Made by a program: the position numbers and the translations under genes. A stretch of DNA of 64,000 nucleotides, taken from NCBI GenBank assembly GCA_033763315.1, contig JANRKS010000023.1, forward strand, positions 1-64,000. Reading direction: 5' to 3'. The notes beneath the pieces were generated by a model. That model ran no database searches. It saw only the letters and a program-made list of their open reading frames with translations, and was not told where the DNA came from. This DNA is from Deltaproteobacteria bacterium. Its GTDB lineage: Bacteria; Myxococcota_A; Polyangia; Fen-1088. This document shows, piece after piece, positions 59,998-64,000 of the stretch (positions within the stretch are counted from its first letter, which is position 1; each line of letters starts with the position of its first letter).

Positions 59998-60894
59998 ATG
60001 AGGCGACTCTTTCTCGGCCTGCTTCCGTTTATTGGTTTGTCGATCTGGGCTTCTCCCGGACAAGCCCAACAAGCTGCTCCCAACACCCCGGCCAAAGCTG
60101 CCGAGGGTGATCTTGCGAACGAACCTGAGCCCGATCTGAGCTCAGAGCCGTTGGGCGAAGATCCCCTCGCCGATCCCGCTGCGAAAAAGGCGCCCGCGGC
60201 GAAACCGGCTGTCGATGCGCAAGCTAAAGCCAAGGCCGCCGCATCCGACATCGTTGTGATCCCTCGACGGTCCTTCCTGAAGGCTGGCCGCCTCGAGTTG
60301 CAACCATTGACAGGTGTCTCGGTCAACGACGTGTTGATTCGCCACTGGGGCTTTGGCGGCGACCTGAACTACTTCCTCAGTGAAGTGTTCGCGGTGGGCC
60401 TGCAAGGTATGTACTTCGTAAAGGAGCGCACCGATCGCGAAGGATTGGTGGGCCTGCAGTACAACCGCATCGCCACCATCAACCGATACCACTGGACGGC
60501 AGCGCTGAACTTCACCTACCTGCCGGTGTATGGAAAGTTCTCGCTCTTCAACAAGTACATCATGCACTGGGAGGGTTACATTTCGGGCGGCGTCGGCATG
60601 ACGAAGACCGAAATCATCCCACGCCGGTCGCAAGATGAAACCTTCAGCACGAATGCCATCACGGCGAACCTTGGTGCGGGCGGCCGCCTGTATGTGCTGG
60701 ATTGGCTGACGTTCAACGTAGGTCTGCGAGACTACGTGTTCAACGACAAGTTTGAGCCCACGAGCCGCGTGCCGGGTCAGGACATCGCGACAGTGAAGAA
60801 GAATGCGGACGACCAGTTCAAGAACAACGTCATGTTGTACATCGGCGTGGGCTTGTACCTGCCGCCCTCGTTCAACTACCGTTCACCTCGCTAA
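59998..60894 (+). CDS. Myxobacterial-type outer membrane beta-barrel protein (GltA/GltB-like)
   Basis: Signal peptide, RRSFLKAGRLEL, PVYGKFSLF and alternating beta-strands. Confidence 0.8.
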   Translation: MRRLFLGLLPFIGLSIWASPGQAQQAAPNTPAKAAEGDLANEPEPDLSSEPLGEDPLADPAAKKAPAAKPAVDAQAKAKAAASDIVVIPRRSFLKAGRLELQPLTGVSVNDVLIRHWGFGGDLNYFLSEVFAVGLQGMYFVKERTDREGLVGLQYNRIATINRYHWTAALNFTYLPVYGKFSLFNKYIMHWEGYISGGVGMTKTEIIPRRSQDETFSTNAITANLGAGGRLYVLDWLTFNVGLRDYVFNDKFEPTSRVPGQDIATVKKNADDQFKNNVMLYIGVGLYLPPSFNYRSPR

Positions 60895-60912
60895 AGCTCG
60901 CGGAGCCACCTC

Positions 60913-61719
60913 ATGATCAAGAAGACGATGCAGTTTTTCAGCGCACTGGTGTTGGCCGCGACGTTGCCAACGGTTGCCTCTGCTCAGGAATTGGTTGATC
61001 GCAAAAGCCCCCTGGCGGATGCACCCGCGATTCGCCACCGCGTTGAGTTGCGCGACAAGCGCTTTGAGGCCGGTGTGGGCCTCGGCAGTTCAATCGCTGC
61101 CGAGTTTTATCATGCCGTGTTCGTTAACCTGCGGTTGGCGTTTCACATCAATGACTGGATCACCATCTCGGGCACATTCGGCCAGAACGTAACGCCCAGC
61201 CTCAAAACCGGCACGGCCGAGCAGCTGGTGCGGACCCTGCCCGACAGTGCCACCGAGGCAACCAACACCAACACGGTGACGAAGAAAAACGCGCTCGGCG
61301 CGATGAACCGCATGGGGCAGATTCTGGGTCTGCAGGCCGAGTTGTCGCCCATCACGGGCAAGATGGCCTTGTTCAGCAAGCTGTTCATGCACTACGACGT
61401 CTATACTTTGGGCGGCGTCGGCGCTGTGAATTTCACGGCGGATCTCGACAAGTGCGCGATGCCAAAAGCCGATGAATCGTGTCCCGATACCGGCATGAAA
61501 ATCGGCGCCAACGTGGGCCTGGGCATGCATGCGTTTTTCAACGACTGGCTGGCTTTGAACCTCGAGATCAAAGACATGCTGGTGAAGACCAACCGCGCAG
61601 GCCAGGACACCAACGGTGACACCTTCGCAGACAAGAACGATCTCAGCCTGACGCACAACTTGATCTTCGGTGCGAACCTGGCCTTTTTCTTCCCTACGGT
61701 GCCGAAAATCACCGACTAG
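60913..61719 (+). CDS. Second, paralogous outer membrane beta-barrel protein
   Basis: Signal peptide, RVELRDKRFEA, PITGKMALF and C-terminal AFFFP; shares its motif layout with the upstream gene. Confidence 0.8.
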   Translation: MIKKTMQFFSALVLAATLPTVASAQELVDRKSPLADAPAIRHRVELRDKRFEAGVGLGSSIAAEFYHAVFVNLRLAFHINDWITISGTFGQNVTPSLKTGTAEQLVRTLPDSATEATNTNTVTKKNALGAMNRMGQILGLQAELSPITGKMALFSKLFMHYDVYTLGGVGAVNFTADLDKCAMPKADESCPDTGMKIGANVGLGMHAFFNDWLALNLEIKDMLVKTNRAGQDTNGDTFADKNDLSLTHNLIFGANLAFFFPTVPKITD

Positions 61720-61736
61720 ATTCGTGTGCGCCCCCA

Positions 61737-62399
61737 CTACGAGGGGTTAGAGTCGATTGGCAGCCCTTCCAGCAGCAGCGCCCGGCGCTCTTCTTGAAGG
61801 GCTGTTTTGCGTCCAAGCATTTCGCGCCACACGGATGAAAGCATGCGTAGCTCTAGCCCTGAAGCACCCCGAGCCTGACGGGCACGGATGGCACGGTCGA
61901 CCCGCTCAAGGCTTTCCAAAAGTGTCTGCTCGGCTTCGATCACCCTTTGAACGCGCTCGCCCAAATCGCCCGCGTGGCGACGAAGGAAGCGTTCTTTCTC
62001 GGCCAAGGCTTCGTCCAGTTTGGTCTTCGAGGCGTCGTAAGCTTGGGCCTCGCGCAGAAGGTCAAGCGCGGCCCTTTGAAGCGCAGCTCGCTTGTGCTCA
62101 AGGGCGGCGCGGGCGGCTTGGGCCCGGTGCAGCGCTGCCATTTCAACTTCGTGCTTGTCGTCCATGGTTCCAAGCACGCTGTTGAACAAGGCGTACCAGC
62201 CAGCGCCGGTTAACCGCTGCAGCTCAAGCAGCACCTCGCGCTCCGCGCGCGACTGCGTTTCGATTTCGTCGTCCAGCTGAACAAGGTCGGCGACCAACCG
62301 CTGCAGGCCCTTGTGAGCGCGTTCAGCCCTCACCCATTTGGCATGGGCCGCCACCAACGCTTCATCAACTTGCTCCGCCTCCGTCTTGCGAAAAGGCAT
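61737..62399 (-). CDS. Helical/coiled-coil hypothetical protein
   Basis: GGAGG RBS; heptad-like A/L/E/R composition. Confidence 0.7.
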   Translation of the reverse strand: MPFRKTEAEQVDEALVAAHAKWVRAERAHKGLQRLVADLVQLDDEIETQSRAEREVLLELQRLTGAGWYALFNSVLGTMDDKHEVEMAALHRAQAARAALEHKRAALQRAALDLLREAQAYDASKTKLDEALAEKERFLRRHAGDLGERVQRVIEAEQTLLESLERVDRAIRARQARGASGLELRMLSSVWREMLGRKTALQEERRALLLEGLPIDSNPS

Positions 62400-62442
62400 C
62401 CTCCACCTCCCCTGCCCGCTCATAGCTTAACGCCACACGAAT

Positions 62443-62850
62443 TCAATCGCACGCGCTTTGCGCAAGCCCCACCTGCAAGCGACGGCAGATAACGGGGCTC
62501 TTATCGGAGGCGGGGCTTTCATAGGACAGTTCCACTTTGTCGCCCACGGTGCCCTCGAACAGCCCTGATGTATAGGCACCCGAATCGGTCGCCTTCACAA
62601 TCACGCCCAGGCCTAGACTTGCGTTGAAGATGTAAACGCGCGCGTTCTTCATCGATTGGCTCATGGGCCCCGACACTTGCCACACCTGCCGCTCGGCCCC
62701 CATCGCATCAAGAACTGTGATGGCCTGGAACGTCGGCTCGCTGGGCGGCGGCACCGGGATGAAATTTGAATTGCACCCCAAGAGCACCAACGCGCAGACG
62801 CTCCAAAGAGCGGCGGAGCGAAGGAGGGTTTGTCGAAGGATTTTGCGCAT
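62443..62850 (-). CDS. Small lipoprotein
   Basis: Lipobox LLGC followed by FIPVPPP and a beta-rich domain. Confidence 0.8.
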   Translation of the reverse strand: MRKILRQTLLRSAALWSVCALVLLGCNSNFIPVPPPSEPTFQAITVLDAMGAERQVWQVSGPMSQSMKNARVYIFNASLGLGVIVKATDSGAYTSGLFEGTVGDKVELSYESPASDKSPVICRRLQVGLAQSACD

Positions 62851-62870
62851 GAGCAGGCGTTAGAGTTTAA

Positions 62871-62886
62871 AGCAAAGCGTGTTCCA
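62871..62886 (-). promoter_or_regulatory. sigma54 (-24/-12) promoter
   Basis: TGGAAC-ACGCT-TTGCT (GG-N10-GC), 20 nt upstream of ATG 62850. Confidence 0.7.
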
Positions 62887-62990
62887 GGGGAGCCCGGAGG
62901 CAGGGGCCCGTGAATTCAAACACTTATGGCGCAAATACCGAGAATGTGGGCCAACAAGATGGCATCTGACTGTCAACCAAGTTGGCACGC

Positions 62991-64000
62991 TTAGGAGCTT
63001 GCGGCAAAGCCATACCGGCGCATCTTCTTCTGGAGGCCGAAGCGAGATAGACCTAAGGCTTGGGCCGCGCGCGTCTGGTTACCGTCGAATTTCGACAACG
63101 CCTCACGCAACAGGCCCTTTTCGAGGCGCTCCACGCGCAGTTTGAGATCCATGTCCTCGGCATCGAGGGACGGCGCCAGCGCTGGACCCATAGGGGACGC
63201 GAGGTGAGGCGATAGATCGCTGACCTCAATCGTTTCACCAGCGAACGCGGTGGCGCGGCCCAATTCATTTTCAAGCTCGCGCACGTTGCCCGGCCACCTG
63301 TAGGCGCACAGCCGCGATAGCGCGTCGGAAGAGATATGGCGGGCGCGCACACCCGCCTTTTCCTTCCACTGCGAAAGAAAGTGTCGCACCAACAGCGGAA
63401 TGTCCTCGGCGCGGTCGCGCAACGGCGGCAGTTGCACGCGCACAACCGCCAGCCGGTAAAATAAGTCCTGCCGAAACTGGCCCGACGCCACCATCGCAGC
63501 CAGATCTTTGTTGGTGGCCACGATCAGCCGCACGTCGGTTTTTTCGCTGCGCTGGCCTCCCACGCGTCGGTATTCCCCTTCTTGCAACACCCGCAAAAGC
63601 TTGCCCTGCAAGGCGGGCGACATCTCGCCCACTTCGTCCAGGAACAGCGTGCCCTCGTTGGCGATGGCGAACAGACCACGTGTGTCTCGATCAGCCCCTG
63701 TGAAGGCCCCCCGCGTGTACCCGAACAAGGTTGATTCGAGCAAGGTCTCAGGAATGGCCGCGCAGTTTTCAGTCACGAAGGCTTTCGCCTTGCGGGGCCC
63801 ATTGGCCACCAGCGCGCGGGCCACCAGCTCCTTGCCTGTGCCGCTTTCGCCTTGAATGATGACGGGGAGATTGGTTTCGCTCACCCGATCCAACAGGCGC
63901 AGCAATTCCATCATGCGGGGCGATCGCCCGATGATCTGGTTGTAGTCGAACCGCAAAGCGAATGTTTCGCGGCTTTCGGAAAGTTCAACACGCATGGACG
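62991..64000 (-). CDS. sigma54-dependent Fis-family activator (5' part outside the window)
   Basis: GESGTGKE, GAFTGA, LFLDEV, FRQDLFYRL, WPGNVREL and a C-terminal HTH. Confidence 0.96.
   Translation of the reverse strand, partial: SMRVELSESRETFALRFDYNQIIGRSPRMMELLRLLDRVSETNLPVIIQGESGTGKELVARALVANGPRKAKAFVTENCAAIPETLLESTLFGYTRGAFTGADRDTRGLFAIANEGTLFLDEVGEMSPALQGKLLRVLQEGEYRRVGGQRSEKTDVRLIVATNKDLAAMVASGQFRQDLFYRLAVVRVQLPPLRDRAEDIPLLVRHFLSQWKEKAGVRARHISSDALSRLCAYRWPGNVRELENELGRATAFAGETIEVSDLSPHLASPMGPALAPSLDAEDMDLKLRVERLEKGLLREALSKFDGNQTRAAQALGLSRFGLQKKMRRYGFAASS

Overview
A GC-rich bacterial chromosomal segment. Its gene content (Tgl-like TPR lipoprotein next to recO, Glt-like beta-barrel pair, Ser/Thr kinase, Cys-rich lipoproteins, sigma54 activator) points to Myxococcota. 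Bases 1-3700 are a lower-GC accessory patch. It holds an intact IS3-family element (4-bp GGCC target duplication) that splits a secreted-protein gene, RHS/YD and IS micro-fragments, orphan immunity-like genes, and an ~80-bp direct repeat bracketing the patch. The remainder is mostly core genome (tmk, rel, gmk, yicC, polA, ppdK, glyQS, recO, queE, rpsA, cmk, smc, ftsY) interleaved with envelope and signalling genes: TamB plus Omp85, a SPOR protein, two large lipoproteins and two OM beta-barrels. Notable observations are: an unannotated 51-aa Arg/Lys-rich ORF with its own promoter behind rel; several enzymes with lost catalytic motifs (His kinase, Ser/Thr kinase, class II glutamine amidotransferase, ADH-like); an ~85-aa insertion in GlyRS; a lysine-rich KNGx-repeat N-terminal tail on PPDK; a complete sigma54 promoter architecture right behind a sigma54 activator; and repeated -10 hexamers 6-10 nt upstream of start codons, suggesting leaderless mRNAs. 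I saw no rRNA, tRNA or CRISPR array. All calls come from reading motifs by eye; no database search was run.
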